From Amoebidium appalachense (lineage: Eukaryota > Protista > Ichthyosporea), in contig CAVNZM010000002.1 in NCBI GenBank assembly GCA_963693365.1, positions 16,215,615 to 16,279,614 of the forward strand: a DNA stretch of 64,000 nt, given 5' to 3'. This document shows, piece after piece, positions 1 to 14,489 of this stretch. How positions within the stretch are numbered: position 1 is the stretch's first letter; each line of letters begins with the position of its first letter. A program made the position numbers and the translations under genes. Under the pieces are notes generated by a model. The model did not search any database, had not been told where the DNA came from, and saw only the letters and a program-made list of their open reading frames with translations.

Positions 1-58
1 TGTGTGTTGGGTTGGGAAGGGGGGGGGAGCCTTAGGGGGGGGGAGCCTAGGCGGAAGA

Positions 59-98
<40 letters not shown>

Positions 99-805
99 CC
101 TGTACATGTACGTAAATGAGCAGTAAGCGGGCTGCCAGAAAGGGGGAGGCCCGGCCCAGTTCGGCCCAGCGGACACCGGGGGGAGGGGGAAGGGGGGGGG
201 GGGGGGGGGGAGGGGGGGGGGGGGGGGGAGGGGGTCAGGGAGGGGCCTGAGGGGGGATCCATGGGGCATGCGACACGGTCACACCGGAGGTGTACAAATG
301 TGGCACTACACGACTTTGCGCAACGTGTGTGCGTTTTGAAGAAAGTGAGGGGCAGAGAGAGATCCTAATAACGGGAGCTCCGAGGACTGAGGAGGCCTCC
401 CAAGGGGTGGGGAGGGGGGAGGAAGGGGGGGAGGGGGGAGGGGAGGGGAAGGGGGAGGGGGGGGGGGGGAGGGGGAGGGAGGGGGCACATTATAGCTGCC
501 GGTAATTCTTCCAAGTGCGTGCAGATGTATGAATAATACGGGCCCTCTGCATCATTTAGAGCAGAAAATGGCAGCATTATGAAGCAGTATACATGATACA
601 ATTTCAAATTGTCAATTTAATTTTTTGGCATCAGTAATCGCAGATTTCTTCGATCATTATCATAATTGAAACACCCCTGTTCTTCACTCGAACTTGGTCA
701 TACTATACAAAACTATACAAACAATACAACCTATCAATCAGCAAGAAATAGAACCAGAAGGAAACATTTATCTAACTTCAAGTCTTCGCAAATGATCAAC
801 CCTCC

Positions 806-846
<41 letters not shown>

Positions 847-1587
847 ACACACACACACGGAAGTCCAACCCCTTTCAACAAATTTATAATACAAGTGGTC
901 AATACTTACACCACAAGCATACGAATTTGGCTAGGGATATGTACACGCCATTCCAGTCAGTAGTACATGTACCACTGCAAAATCAATATTTATGAATATA
1001 TTTCCAAGGGCACACCAAGTGCACCGTTAACAAATCCATATCGGCCAGCCTACATTCAACTTTGCAACACAATCAAGTCATTCCAGTAATCCTTTCAAAT
1101 CTCTCAAACTTATCCAAGGCATACGGTTGCCCCTGTCCTAACCCTACATCTTAACAAGCCATTCACTGCATCAAATAGCCGTAGCCTCGTTCATCATCCA
1201 TAACCATTCATCATCTACTCTTGTTCTACATACCAGACCAATTGAACAGCAAAAAAGGGATCCAAAAAAAAGGCCCTGGTAGGTGTGTTCGTGTGTGTGT
1301 GCTTGGGAGGGGATGGGGAGGATTAGGGGGGGAGGAAGAGGGAGGGGGGGGGGGAGGGGGGAGGGGGAGGGGGGAAGAGAGGAGAGGCATGCAACAAGCA
1401 AGGAGAAACCCTATATTCCTGAAGCATGGAAATCTGGCATCGTGCTTGGTTAAGGTTTGTGCTATTGACCAGGAGGCTACAGTCCTAGGCGGAACCATTC
1501 CCAAATGGTGGAGACCCAACCCCGTCCACATCCATAGTAGCCATGGATGGGCGCCGAGGAAACACAAACACGTCCTGTGTGTGCAAC

Positions 1588-1632
<45 letters not shown>

Positions 1633-1662
1633 ATGTGCGTATGCGCGTGTGTGTGTGTGTGC

Positions 1663-1712
<50 letters not shown>

Positions 1713-1819
1713 CGGTGAATGTGTGAGCGCGTAAGGGGCCTACTAAGAGTTCCGTTTGGAGCCCGTGGCAATCAATAGAACGGTGAATATACCATAGCGT
1801 ACGGGTTGTGGGCTTTTCT

Positions 1820-1861
<42 letters not shown>

Positions 1862-2506
1862 CCTTGTGTTTGGGTTGGGGGGGGGGGGGGGGGGGGGGGG
1901 GATGGGGGCAGGGCAGGCTCGCAGAAGGAGAAGAGGAGGGGAGAAACTGGAAGGCAAAGATTGGTGATGCTACAGAATATGGCATACAAGGATACACTAC
2001 GGAGCACAATACTGCACCACATACGAAGGAACGGAGACGAGGAAAGAAAAGGGGGGGGGGGGGGGGGGGGGGGGGAGGTGTGAAGACAATGTGGGATGTG
2101 CTGGTGTCTGGAAGTGCAAGGCCTGCAAGCATAAACCAACTGCAGATAAAGCATAATGGCATTACAACGTAGTTCATTACATCAAAATAAAGGCAGGGTG
2201 AGATGATAGGGGCTGGAATATGGGTAACCTAAAGTGGGATGGGGGAAAGCTGACCGGGCCTTATTGTGTATGTACGTGTGTGGCCGGGCTCGGGAAGGCT
2301 TATGTGTATGTTGTGGTGTGGGCCCGTGTTGTTGAGGGGTTGCCTCGGGGGATGGGGGGGGGGAGGGGAGAGAGAGAGAGCGAGGGGGGGGGGGGGGGGG
2401 GGGGGGAGGGGGGAAGTTTCGAAGGTGTTTGTGCTTGTGTGTGCCTGTGTCTGTCAATCTGTGCGTCTGTGTGTCTGCGTCTGTCTGTCTGTGCGTCTGT
2501 GTGTGC

Positions 2507-2565
<59 letters not shown>

Positions 2566-2869
2566 GTGTGCATGTGGGCGTGTACACGTACATGCATGTC
2601 CGTGTGGGTGTGGGTGTGGGTGTGTGTGTACGTGTGTGTCTACCTGTGTGAATAGGAGGCCCGGGGGAAGGGCAGGGGATGGGCGCAGAGAGGGTGGGGG
2701 GAAGGGGGGGGGGGGGGGGGGGGGGGGTTTGAATGCGTGGGGGGGAGGGGGGGGGGGGAGGGGGGGGGCTGTGCGTATGTTACTGCTGGAGGACGAGGAG
2801 AAGAGGGGGGCGGGGGGGAAGGGGGGAAGGGGGAATGAAGGGGGGGGAAAGGAGGGGGGGGGGCAATAC

Positions 2870-3332
2870 CCATGAGGAGTTCGTGCTTCCAGGGATAGGT
2901 GGTGCAGTCTGAGGAGTCAGAGGGTTGCTGGAATGCAGTGATGTCAGATGAATGACCAATCATATATAGTCTGATCATAACAGCAAATCACAGCAAGTGT
3001 GGTCTAGACCATGGTCTGTACTGTTGTGCAATCAAAAAAAAAAGGGGGGGGGGGGGGGGGGGGGGCGGGAGGGGGGAAGGGGGGGGGGGGGGGGGGGGGA
3101 GGGGGGGGGGGATGGTCTACGATGCACGTTCTGGTCTATGAGTAGCCGTCAATCATAGACAGGGTGGTGAGCAGGGGGGAGGCAAGCTGAAATGCATCAC
3201 ACAAGTATAGTACAATCAAATAAAATTGGAAACATAAGTGCACGAGCAACATACAACATACCATGTGTATCTGTAAGGCAGAAAGGGGTGGGGGGAATGT
3301 GTGTATGTGTGCGTGTGCGTGTGTGCGTGTGT

Positions 3333-3363
<31 letters not shown>

Positions 3364-4966
3364 GGGGGGGGGGGGAGGGGGGATAAAATACCTGGACGTG
3401 TGATCGGACTGCTGATCCATGGGCGCAAAGTGAGTGTGCATGGCGTTAAGAGCAAGGGGGGAGGCCAGGGGGCGAGAGTTGCGCCGGTGATAATTCATAG
3501 CCGCAAACGGACCAGGAGACGGGGGAGTGGGCAGCTGGGGGCTGTCGCATGCCGTGTCCATAGCACACAGCCCGGATATGGGGTCTAGGGTGCGGCTGGA
3601 TCGGCGCGCAATAAGACGGGTGAGAGAGGAGGAGGAGGAGGACGTGGTGCGCTGTGAGGGCAGGGGGGGGGGTTAGGAGGTGGGTTGTAGAAACTAATGG
3701 GTGAGGGTGGGTTAACTGGTGGTGGAATGGTGTGTGCCATGGCAGGACACATAGCCATAGACGAGGGAATGTTGCATGATCTTGCGTTCCTGAGAGGAGG
3801 GGGAGACGGGGAAGGAGGGGAAGGGGGGGGGGGGGAAGGGGGAGGGCGGGGCCGTTACAGCTAATCTATAGGATAAAAAGTACAACTTCACAACTGACAA
3901 AACAATGCAAGTTTGGCAAAAGGAACACACAAAGTGGGGGGGGGGGGGGAATGTGTTGCACGTACGACATGCACATTCACGACCGACAACACAATGCAGG
4001 TTTGGAAGGCGGGTGGGGGATGCTGGGGGAGGGGGGGGGGGGGGGGGGGGGGGGGGGAAGAACACAAAAAGACAAACACCAAAGTAAATACCGGGCAAGG
4101 GGGGGTGAGAAAGGCGGGTGGGTGGTGGTGGTGGTGGTGGTGGGGGGGGGGGGGGGGGGGGGGGGGGGGATATAGAACGTGGTATGCAAGCCGTGAGCCT
4201 CCTTCAATGAAGCCTTGCGCAAATGGCACGAGAAATGAGAAACAAACACCAAAACTAATCTGCACATCACAGCACATCTACAGGCAGGGCACACTAGGGC
4301 ACACCTGGGCTATGGGGTGCTCGGGGATCATCAGGTTGGACGACCGCCTGCCTGCCTCCTCGCTGTCCTGCCCTGTTGACGTCACTGCAGCCAAAATGAC
4401 GTCAGCAACATAGGGATGTGCGCGCAACATCGCAAGGGTTGTGTGTATTGGTTGTGGGTGCATGAAAATAGCGCCACAGAGGCTTGGCGAACGGCTCATA
4501 ACTAATGGTTGAGCTCATGGTTATTACTACAGTGCTTGCACTGATGTGTATGCTGATAAAGGAGGAGCGCTTCATTCACTACCTGGTTGTGATACTACGT
4601 CCAAGATTTTTTATGTATGCACCGGTGTGTCTGCATTGCGCGTACAAGGGCGGGAGGGTGGTGACGAGGCGGGGAAGAGGTGTTTGGAAATACTTGACAT
4701 AACACTCAAGCACAAAATTTGAAGCTAGGAATCACTTAAAGATGGAGGGAGCTATTAATCCAAATGCACAGGTTCACACAAAAACCCAATCAGAAGGAAT
4801 GGTATCTAAAGAATGAACACAAAAAGATAGTTGCACCATACCATAAGCAGAGCCCATAATCAAAAATGTAAACCTAATCAATAAGGTTCAAAGCTCTTCG
4901 TAGTGATTGGGGGGGGGGGGGGGGGAGGGGGGAGGGGGGGGGGGGGGGAGGGGAGGGGGGATGGTG

Positions 4967-5029
<63 letters not shown>

Positions 5030-5773
5030 TTGATTCATGTAGATTGACATATGCAGATAGAGGGGACAACGTCACCTGCAGCCATGTGGAAGACTATGCA
5101 CAGGCCACTCTTGACCCCCCCGGCATAGCTGTGGGGGATGTGGAAGTAGTCTCTCAGGGACTCCCGGGTCCCGGCTACCCGGAAGGCATCGAGAGGCGTG
5201 TTGCCTGACTTGTCCTCACAGTGTCTCTGTGGGAAAAGTCATTAGCCGAGCGTGAAACAGTGAGCGAAAGATGAAGCTTGCTGCCAACCGAATCGTCGTA
5301 TCATAAACAAAGAAGTGTACATTCCCTTACCTTCCCATTCATAAACGGCAATACCCCGCCACCCCCCCCCCCCCCCCTCCCTCCCTCCCTCCCTCCCTCC
5401 CCCCCCCCCCCCTCCCCAAAAAAGTTTGTTTTCATCTCGACTCTTGGTGCTCGGTGTTTATTCCCCCCCCCCCCCCCCCCCCCCCCCCTCCCGCCCCCTT
5501 CGTGTTCGATCTCTACATATGGCGATAAACTATGCGTGAAAAAGATAAATAAGAAACCTTTACCCGGATGAAGATATTGCTAATTCTTCTCTTTGTGGGC
5601 ACCAAGACCAACCCACACACAAGGAGGGTACACACACAGTCTCACCCACCCACCCACCCAGAAACACGAGCACACACACAGCCGCAAGTACCCTTACCAC
5701 AGACACATGCACACACACACCCACCCACCCACCCACCCACCCACGCACCCACCCACGCACGCACGCACCCACG

Positions 5774-5813
<40 letters not shown>

Positions 5814-7284
5814 CACACCAACACACCTGCCAGGGGCCCGGATTCCAAGTCTTCGCACATCCACACAAACAGTGCAGGCTCAGATCCTGGCCCACCATCA
5901 CCAGTGTTGCCGTCAACTGACTACACACAACCGTCACCCCCTGCTCCAACTGCCCCTTCAACTGTCCCCACTCCTCCGCCGAAAGTTTATCCACCGTAAC
6001 CTCCATATCCATGTTCTCGTTGCACCCTGTTTGCGTGGTCGAAGTGTGTGTGGGTTCTGGCGTGTTCTGGTAGTTTCCGCATTGGTCGAGTTCGTGATCG
6101 GCATCGTTCATTGGTAGAAGGGTGGAGATGTGGTCATCTACGCTGTCTGGTGGGTTGGTGGGCTGACGAGGGAGAATGGGGGGCAGGTGGGTAGGGGCGT
6201 TTTGCTTGTGTTGTCCTAGCGGAGCGAGTGTGGGTACAGGCATGTTTGTGATATTTGTGGCTGGTGCGGAGGTGAAAAACCCGAACTGTTGTTGGTTACC
6301 GGGTAAGGGTGTCAGGGGCTGTTGCGGTTGATACAGGCTGGAGGTGACGGGGCCCGGGGGAAGCTGGACGAGAATCTGCGCCTGCAGTTGCGTACTCTGT
6401 GCTTGGCCCGTGTGTTGTTGTTGTGCCTGGTGTTGTTGTTGTGCCTGTTGTTGTGCTTGTTGTTGTTGCTGCTGTTGCTGTTGTTGAGCTTGTTGTTGTT
6501 GTTGTTGCTGTTGTTGTTGGTGGTGGTGGTGTAGCTGCAAATGTTGTTGTTGCTGTAGCTGTTGCTGTTGTTGTGCTTGGTGTTGTTGCTGCTGCTGTTG
6601 GGTATTCTGCTGTGCCTGCACCTGCTGTTGCATTTGTTGCAGCAGAAGCATGTTCAAGGAATTGTCCAGTGTTTGCACCTGTTGCTGTGTAGCAAGCATG
6701 CTCGTCAACTCGTTCAGCTGGTCCTGCAAACTGGATGACCCCATGTTCGCCATGTGATTTGCTGCCATTGGCTGTGCTAGGCGCTGGGGAACACCACCAC
6801 CCACAGGCACGGTAGGCGTGCTGGTGGGTGCAACCATGAACCCACCAGCAAAAGTCATAGGGTCGGTTGTAGGCAGAGTGTGCAGAAGATTCACCCCCTG
6901 CTGCAGAGGATTAGGATTATTACTTGCATGTCAAGTTACAAACAGTCTGTTATCTTCCATTCGTGATCGTACCCTTGACCAGAGAGACCGTTAAATAAAT
7001 CCGAATTTCTCTGTTCCGAATCCCCCCCCCCCTCCCCCCCCCCTCTCCCCCCCCCCCCCCCCCCGTCCCCGCCAAAGCCATTCACGCCATAGGGTATATC
7101 CCCCCCCCCCCCCCCCCCCCCCCCCAAAACCAAAAAAAAAAAAAAGAAAAAAAAAAATACATCTTCCCCATTTCCCCGATGATAGCTATTCGTTTTTCGC
7201 ACCTATCACCTCCCAATGAACCAGTTTTCTCTGCAGTTATAGTGCCCGTGTATGCCACCATGTGTGACTCCCAAATATATTATC

Positions 7285-7320
<36 letters not shown>

Positions 7321-7564
7321 TCCCCCCCCAGGGCATGGATGTATGGGCTGACTCAACACATGTCGAGACACGAGCCCCCCCCCCCCCCCCCCCCCCCCCC
7401 AAACACCCCACCCACCCCACCCCCCCGCCCCCGGACCCCCGAGGCCTCCAGAGCCCCCCCATCCCCTCACACATCCATACAATCCACACCCACCCACCCA
7501 CCACCACCCACCCATCTCACCCACCCGCACACCCGCACACCCACGTACCCACCCGTTCACAGAC

Positions 7565-7602
<38 letters not shown>

Positions 7603-10506
7603 ACCCCCCCCCCACACACACACACACATGCACGTACATTCATTTCTGTGGGCTGCTGCTGCTGTGCCCGCTGGATCTGCAGAGACAGCTGCTGCGCCAC
7701 TGTTGGGCCCGTGTCTGCCTGGGTCAGCATGATGGTTGACAGACCCCCTGCAGGCACGTGGCTTGATGCAGGGGCCATGGGTGTAGCGGCCACAGACACA
7801 CCCCGCATGTGCAGCTGGAATGAAAGCAGGGTGAGCAGGAGGGCACTGGAGGGCAGACAAAGAGGTTATATGTTGTCACTGGCAGGCCCAATGGGAGAAA
7901 ACCAACAATGCTAAATACTACGAGACACGGCACATTCAGACCAAATGACTACAAACAAAATATGAAGGCTAAATTTATAAAAGAAGCGAAAGGGCTTTGT
8001 GGTTTGAACGTGGGGTTGGAGTGGGTTGATAAATACATGAATGGGGTTGGGCTAACACGACGCGTGGGGAGGATGGAAAGGGGGCAGTTGCCTGAATATC
8101 TGAGCCCATGCTTGGTATGATGGGAATTTGGGGTTGGGGAGTCGCAGCATGCACCAGCTGTGTTTGGCCGTGTTGACCCATAGTGTTCTGCAGAGTATGC
8201 ACCGTGAATATTTGGGTAATTATTTTTGTCTGATACATACTACAGCAACATCATGTGCACCACCCGCTCAGAAAGTCAAATAGCACCATGTTGGTCTCGA
8301 AGAAAAAAGCAGTTTACTCGATATTCGGCACCATATATAATTATATGATTCACCATTCTAATTCCGGCTTCACAGCTTCCAGCTACCCTCCTGTACATTC
8401 TTGCGAAAGGGCATGCACTCTGGGAGGCATTAAAACACGGATTACAGCAAGAAGAGCAAAAAAAATGAGAATAAGGACCGTGTTCCCTCCTCGTGCTCCT
8501 TGTAGTATAACTGACAGTGTGGAAAAATCTTTACCAATGTGGAGCCTCCACCACTACAACTACGCCTGCAGTATTTAGAGGGCTGTCGAATGCCGATGAG
8601 GTGAGATGTAGAAAGGGGCGCATACATCTAGACTATAACTCACCTGGTTAGCTTGAGTCGTATCGTGGAGTGCCTGGGTCAGCTGTTCTTGCTGCTGCTG
8701 CTGTTGCAGTTGGTGTTGCTGGACAAGGTGCTGCACGGCCGCTTGCTGGAACGGCGTCAAGGACGGCACGGTGGGCTGCTGGGGCTGCGACTGTTTCATC
8801 TGCTGCTGGATCTGCGCAAGTGCTAACTGCACATCAAACCCCTGCTGCGCCTGCTGTACTTGGCCCTGCGTTGTAGTTGCCTGGACCGTGCTGTTCTGGA
8901 TGGCCGAAAACTGGACCACTTGAACGTTCTGGACGTTTTGTAGCACAGGTGTACCCACTCCGCTGCTGGCAACGGGGACGAAAACGTGGCTTGTTGCTGG
9001 GGAGAACGATTGGCCGGCCGCCGGGGTGATGGGTATGTGAATGGGCAACTGGTTGAGACTACCGGCGCGGGGACGGACTGTAATAGAGGAACGACGGGTT
9101 GGGTCTGTGGTGCTAACCATCTGCGCCTGCATCCCAAGGACAGGTTGGCCCACAGGTTGCTGCAGTGGGTGGGTGTTTGAAAGTGCACCGGGCGCTCCCG
9201 GTGTGCTCATAACTGAAACACCAGAAACAGAAACAGGCTGCTGGACGAGGGGCTGGAAGACGGCGGAATGCTGGACCAGCGCCAAGTGCTGTGGCTGCTG
9301 GAATGCCTGGGTCTGTTGGTGCTGGTTTTGCTGCTGTGCAACTGATAGCGGCACGGTTGGTTGTTGCTGTTGGGGCTGCTGTGCCAACATGTGGAAACCA
9401 AGCGAAACTTTTGAGACATCGGCCGCCTGTGGAATCGCCGTGGCTAAACCAGGTTGCTCGGGTGCCAACTGCATGAACCCATCGGTTGAGGTTGACGATG
9501 TACTATCCGACCGAATGCTCTCAAAGTGAAGTACACCGTCATCCTGCCAGCCTTCGCCCTCTCCATTCTGCCCGCTGCAGGTCGAACCTTGGCCCTGCCC
9601 ACGGTGTGGTGCATGTGCCAGATAAGAATTGGATCTGCGTAGAGATCTCCGCTCAGGTGCAGAGCGGAGTTTAAAGGACGAGGACTCCGTTGGACTTCCA
9701 GTTTCCATAGCCCCGAAATAATCAACAGCCGACTGCTTCTCATGCTGGATCTGCCACTCTATCTCCTGCTGCAGCTGGGATATTTGGTGCTCGATCTCCA
9801 GCGCCTGTGACTGTGAAACGGTCATCGAGTGGCAAGTGCCTGCAAGCGGCTGTGCCCCAGCCCCCATTGAGTTCTGCATGCTAAATTTGGATGCTTCGAA
9901 GGTCGCTTGCTGCTGAAAAAACGCCCCAAAAGGCACGCCTACTTGCTGTTCGAGGGACACGGGCATGTTCGGGCTAGGGGCTGCTACAAAGTTCTGGGCA
10001 CCTGGTAGTGTATTTTGGTCATCCACATATAACTGCAAACACGCTGGTGGATTTCCAGATAACGTAGCACTTTTCACCCGTTTTGTGAACCGTGTGGTTA
10101 GATCCACATGTGCTTGTGTAGCGGTCGGTATATGAGGGCTAGAAGAAAGCGTCTGGGAAGGATTCGAAACGTTGCTTAGAGACCCACAACTTTGACTCGC
10201 TGATGTTACACCCGGTGTCGCAACCCCATAAGGACAGAGCGGAGTGAAATCGGACACCGAAGCACTCCGTAACGGGCCTGCCTGTGATGGCATTTGGCTA
10301 GATAAAGAAAAGGACGCCTCGGTCTGGGACTGTACAGGTGCGACTTGGCAACCCAATCCAAGCCCTAGTTTCCTGTGCAGCTCTGCATCCACGTTGGGCT
10401 GCGCATGCTGCATCTCTGGGTTTGATTGCGGCATAGAGCCCGCAACGTTCGGTGGCTTTGCCGCTACCGACTGGGAGAACGCATATTGGCTAGTGCTGCT
10501 GGCCAT
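2870..10506 (-). CDS. Multi-exon Q-rich putative transcriptional regulator with a SAND/TDBD-like domain; 3' end uncertain (may extend to about 1171)
   Basis: Phase-consistent exons 10506-8644, ~8187-8092 (donor uncertain), ~7814-7637, 6900-5827, 5226-5076, 4384-4305, ~3788-3750, 3651-3392, 2927-2870. Long polyQ regions. Spliced segment VTVVCSQLTATL..LHCLCGCAKTWNPGPWQ|RHCEDKSGNTPLDAFRVAGTRESLRDYF resembles the SAND/TDBD pattern. Confidence 0.7.
5827..6900 (-). CDS. PolyQ-containing exon with the N-terminal half of the SAND-like domain
   Basis: Acceptor ctctgcag| and donor CAG|gtgtgt; open frame; in phase with both neighbouring exons. Confidence 0.8.
8644..10506 (-). CDS. Large first coding exon (S/Q-rich, low complexity) of the SAND-like gene
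   Basis: Within the 651-aa ORF, free of homopolymer tracts; starts MASSTSQY and ends at a canonical donor CAG|gtgagt. Confidence 0.8.
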
Positions 10507-12050
10507 AAGTGAGATGATGTGAAAACACAAACTGCGTACCAGTAAGAAAAAGAAAAGTCAAATGCCTGACTGAAACGACGTTTAATTATGGGGTTTGGAG
10601 ATCAAAGAAGAGACCGCGTGCCAAACAGGGCATAAGAAAGTTTCGTCACAAACGCAACAAGTCTAATTGAGACGGCTGAATTCTATAAAATCTATAACTG
10701 CTGTGAGTAGGCCATAAATTATCACTATTTCTATAACTGCTGCGAGAATCCCTAACACACGAGTAATGCAAATGAAAAACTTTGGAAGTGCTGTGCTCTG
10801 CAGAAGGCTGCGTTGATGTGGTGGCTCCCACAAACACGTAGGAGAGGTGAATTTTCAGTGCCTAAGTCGCAGTTTGAGCTATGAACAATTTAACTGGGTG
10901 CTGGTGAGCAAAGCATAAAATACCACTGAAACCAGACATAAGAAAGGGAAGTTGCAACTGTCTCGTTTGCTGTTGGGCTCGGGACAGAAACGAGGCCTTT
11001 TTCGAAAGAGCGCCCTGTCCAGCAGCCTGTCACAGACCTACACGAATGGTTACTGAAACTCCCCACTGATCGTGCCTCTGCCGGAAATTTAGAGCAACTC
11101 AAACTGCTATCAGGCATTGAAAAACATAATGATTCTAATAAATTGGGCTCTCAAATTAGCATTCAAAATTAGATACAGAAATACCACTATAAGCGTCTGC
11201 TATTCAAAATTTTGAAATAAATGTTGATTTAAGCAAAAATCAGACACAAGTTTTCACGCCATTGGAATTCGTTTGACCAGTGCTTTTTAAACATTCTGCA
11301 AATTGTGTTTTTCTGTGTGGCTAGATGCAGTTTCTCCGGGTTATCTAGCGGCCGGGCCCGTTGGGATTGTTTTTTAGCTCAGATTTGGTCTGCATTGCTC
11401 TTTTAGAGGCTGACTTGCTTGCTGTGCCTAGGTAGGTTTTGAGGGGGGCCTGTTGGGAAGCAGCAGTAATGATGTCTAGATCTTCTTGCGGAGTGTGGTC
11501 TGGTCAACATCGATGCATATGACTAGTTGGAGCAAACTAGTTTCACGCATACACGTACACTTAAGGTTTTGCCCGCTGGTGTCCTTTGTCACTTGTCGCT
11601 TTATTTTTATTTCGTAGCTTCGGCTTTTTCAGTTCTATTGGTGGGTATGTAAGTTGTGGCTGCCCCTTGCCTTCATCAACGGATCAACAAAACCGAGTCA
11701 AAAGAAAAAATTGGAAGCAAATGATACCTTTTCCTTGAGTGGCTCAAACCATTATCGGTTCTGGGGAGATACAGCAAAAAGATCTAGCTAACAGGTCATT
11801 GGATAACAGCTGGCGCTGCACTGCGGCTCTAGATCTGACAAGATGTCCGAGTGATCCATTAGTCTGGAAATGTTTATTATTGGATAACAGGAACGGATAA
11901 CCGTTTTTAAAGATATTAACCAATCGTTTTGTAGGATACTCAGATGATGTGAACCGGCACCCGCATGCGCCATGAAGGGGCCCTCTTGTAGCTAAACTTT
12001 GTTACTCGAGGCCTGCCAGTCGGACTCAAGCCGAGTGTTGTTGCACCCAA

Positions 12051-12096
12051 TAAAACAGCTGTTATACTGCAGTTAAAACAGCTGTTATACTGCAGT
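12051..12096. repeat. Perfect 23-bp tandem duplication
   Basis: TAAAACAGCTGTTATACTGCAGT x2. Confidence 0.9.
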
Positions 12097-14489
12097 TATT
12101 CAAACTAGCCTGCAACCGTACAACCACTGTTAGCAGCACCCAGTAGCGCTGTGAATATTCGATCTTCGAAGCATGTATGACCGACATCTGCAGTCAGTTG
12201 AGTTAGAAGGGATGCAGTAGAGCTCGCATGCATGCCCCCTGCAGGCCCCCGTGGCCAGCAATCAAAGGGCGCATAGGTGTAGCCTACCTAATGCATATAC
12301 ACCATAAAGCAGCGCTAGAATTATTGTTTCATAGTCAACAGCCCACGAGCTCCCGGGAGTCGTATTGTTCCTCGAGCGCTAGCTCCTCCGAATCCGCCCC
12401 CGGTATCCTCGACGCATAGGCATGGGCGACACGTAGTATACTATGTATAGTATTAGTAGCATACATATTTAGCTAGCGCTACTAGGTGCTGCTAGCATGT
12501 GTGGCCTCTTCTATTACAATCGTAGTGTTTAGTGACCACGGCGGTGGCCCACTTAGTCCGGCCCCCATGCTCCCTATGCACCAACTTTGGTGCCAAGGCC
12601 ACACTTCCTCCTCTGTGCTCTGACCTTCTTACTGCACATGTGCACGTGTACACACCGTTGCACGCACAGTCACACGGACACACACGCACACACACACACG
12701 CACACACACACACACACGCGCACGCCCCCACCCGCGCACACGGATGCTGGCGGCGAGCACACACACACACACACACACACACACGGACACACACACGGAC
12801 ACGCTGTACGCACGGGCGTGCGGGTGTGCGGGCATGCACACACACACACACGCACAGTAAACAGAGACAGGACTCGAACAGGTCTGTAACTCGTGCACGC
12901 AGGCACGCACGCATACATCTGCATGCACAGACACGTGCATGCAGACACGCACTCGCACGCAGGCACACATACGCATAGTCTATACACCCGCACACTTACG
13001 GACACGCTCACAGACTGCCCAGAATATGCCTAATTTTCGTAATGGCACGTATTATGATGTGCGTGCACACACGTGGCGCATTCCATTTTTTCTCTCTTCC
13101 TCCCTGCTATCCTCCCCCCCCCCCCCCCAGCCCTCTCTCTCGCTCTTTATCTGCCTCCCCCCTCTCCCCCCCCCCCCCCCCCCCCGCCGCCCCCCTCCCC
13201 CCCTCCCCCTCTCCTACCTACCCCCCCCCCCCCCCCCCCCCCCCGTCGCTCTCGCGTAAACAAAGCGTGCATGATTTCATTACCAACAACTTGACTCAGT
13301 AGCGCTGGTCGAGACGAAGGTGAAAAGAGTGTTGGTGGTGGTGGTGGTGGGGGGGGGGGGGGGGGGGAGGGGGGGGAAGGGGACCTCGGAGGCTCGGAGT
13401 TGCACAGCGGGGGGAGCCGTCAGACTTCTCGTGGCGGGGAAGGGGGGAAGGGGGGGGGGAGACCCACCACCCCACCCAAGAGGTCGTGGGGGGGGGGGGG
13501 GGGGAGGGATGGGATCCACCACCCCGGCAGTCAGGGGGAGGGAGGGGGGGGGGGGGACTCAACACCCTCTCGAGCAGTTTGGCCCCCCCCCGGGGCCCCC
13601 CTAGGTGGGGAAGGGGAGGGGGGAAGGGGGGCCTACCAGAGGGGACCTGACTATTTACTACTGCTCCTCCCCCCCCCCCCCCCCCCCCCCCCCCCCCTTT
13701 TCGAATTCAAAAAAGCAAAGTTTCTTACTCTATGAAGTACCATATAGACTAAGAAGAGAATTAATTGCTTTTATTTGAGTTCCCCGCTTTTATTAAAATA
13801 TTTTTTTTGGTCGGGCTCCAATGGGCTCCTCTAGGACGCTCGGCATCAGCGCGTGCGCACGCGCACGTGTGTGTGTGCGTGTGCGCGAGTGCCTGTGTGT
13901 GTGCGTGCATGCACGTGTGCACGCGTGTGCGGCCCATGTATACCTACGTGTCAGCTGCAGGCAGCAGACTCGAGCTCACTCCGCTAACATTCTCACCGGA
14001 CGCTCTCGCAGTGCTGGTGGCAGACAAGCTTGGCAGTCTGCAGTCAGCAGCTGGCAGAGAAGCTGGCAGACAGCCTGGCAGACAGCAGCAGACCGCAGCA
14101 TTTGCGTGGCAACTTGATTACATGATTATGATGCCCGCTTAGCCAACCGGCTCAGAAAAAGTACTAATTTGGCAGGTACTAATGTCCAAATTAAGCAAGT
14201 TATGATGGCTCAATTTGATTGGCTATTTCTTGGCGCCAACACAGCTAAAGTGCCGCACAAAAAAGTTGAACAAGGTGTGGTTTCCTCAGAAGCTTGAGAG
14301 AAGGGTGAAACCTCTCAGTCTAACTTTTAGGTGTGTGAGAGGTATAGCAGATACGCGATAAATCATAAGAAAAGGTGCTAAAAGAAACATGGTTAACACT
14401 GTTTAAACAGGAATCCTGTCTTCTTGAGCCAACTGCTACATAGCTGGTCGGCTCAACATCCCGCTCTTCGAGGTAAACTTGCCTGTGCA

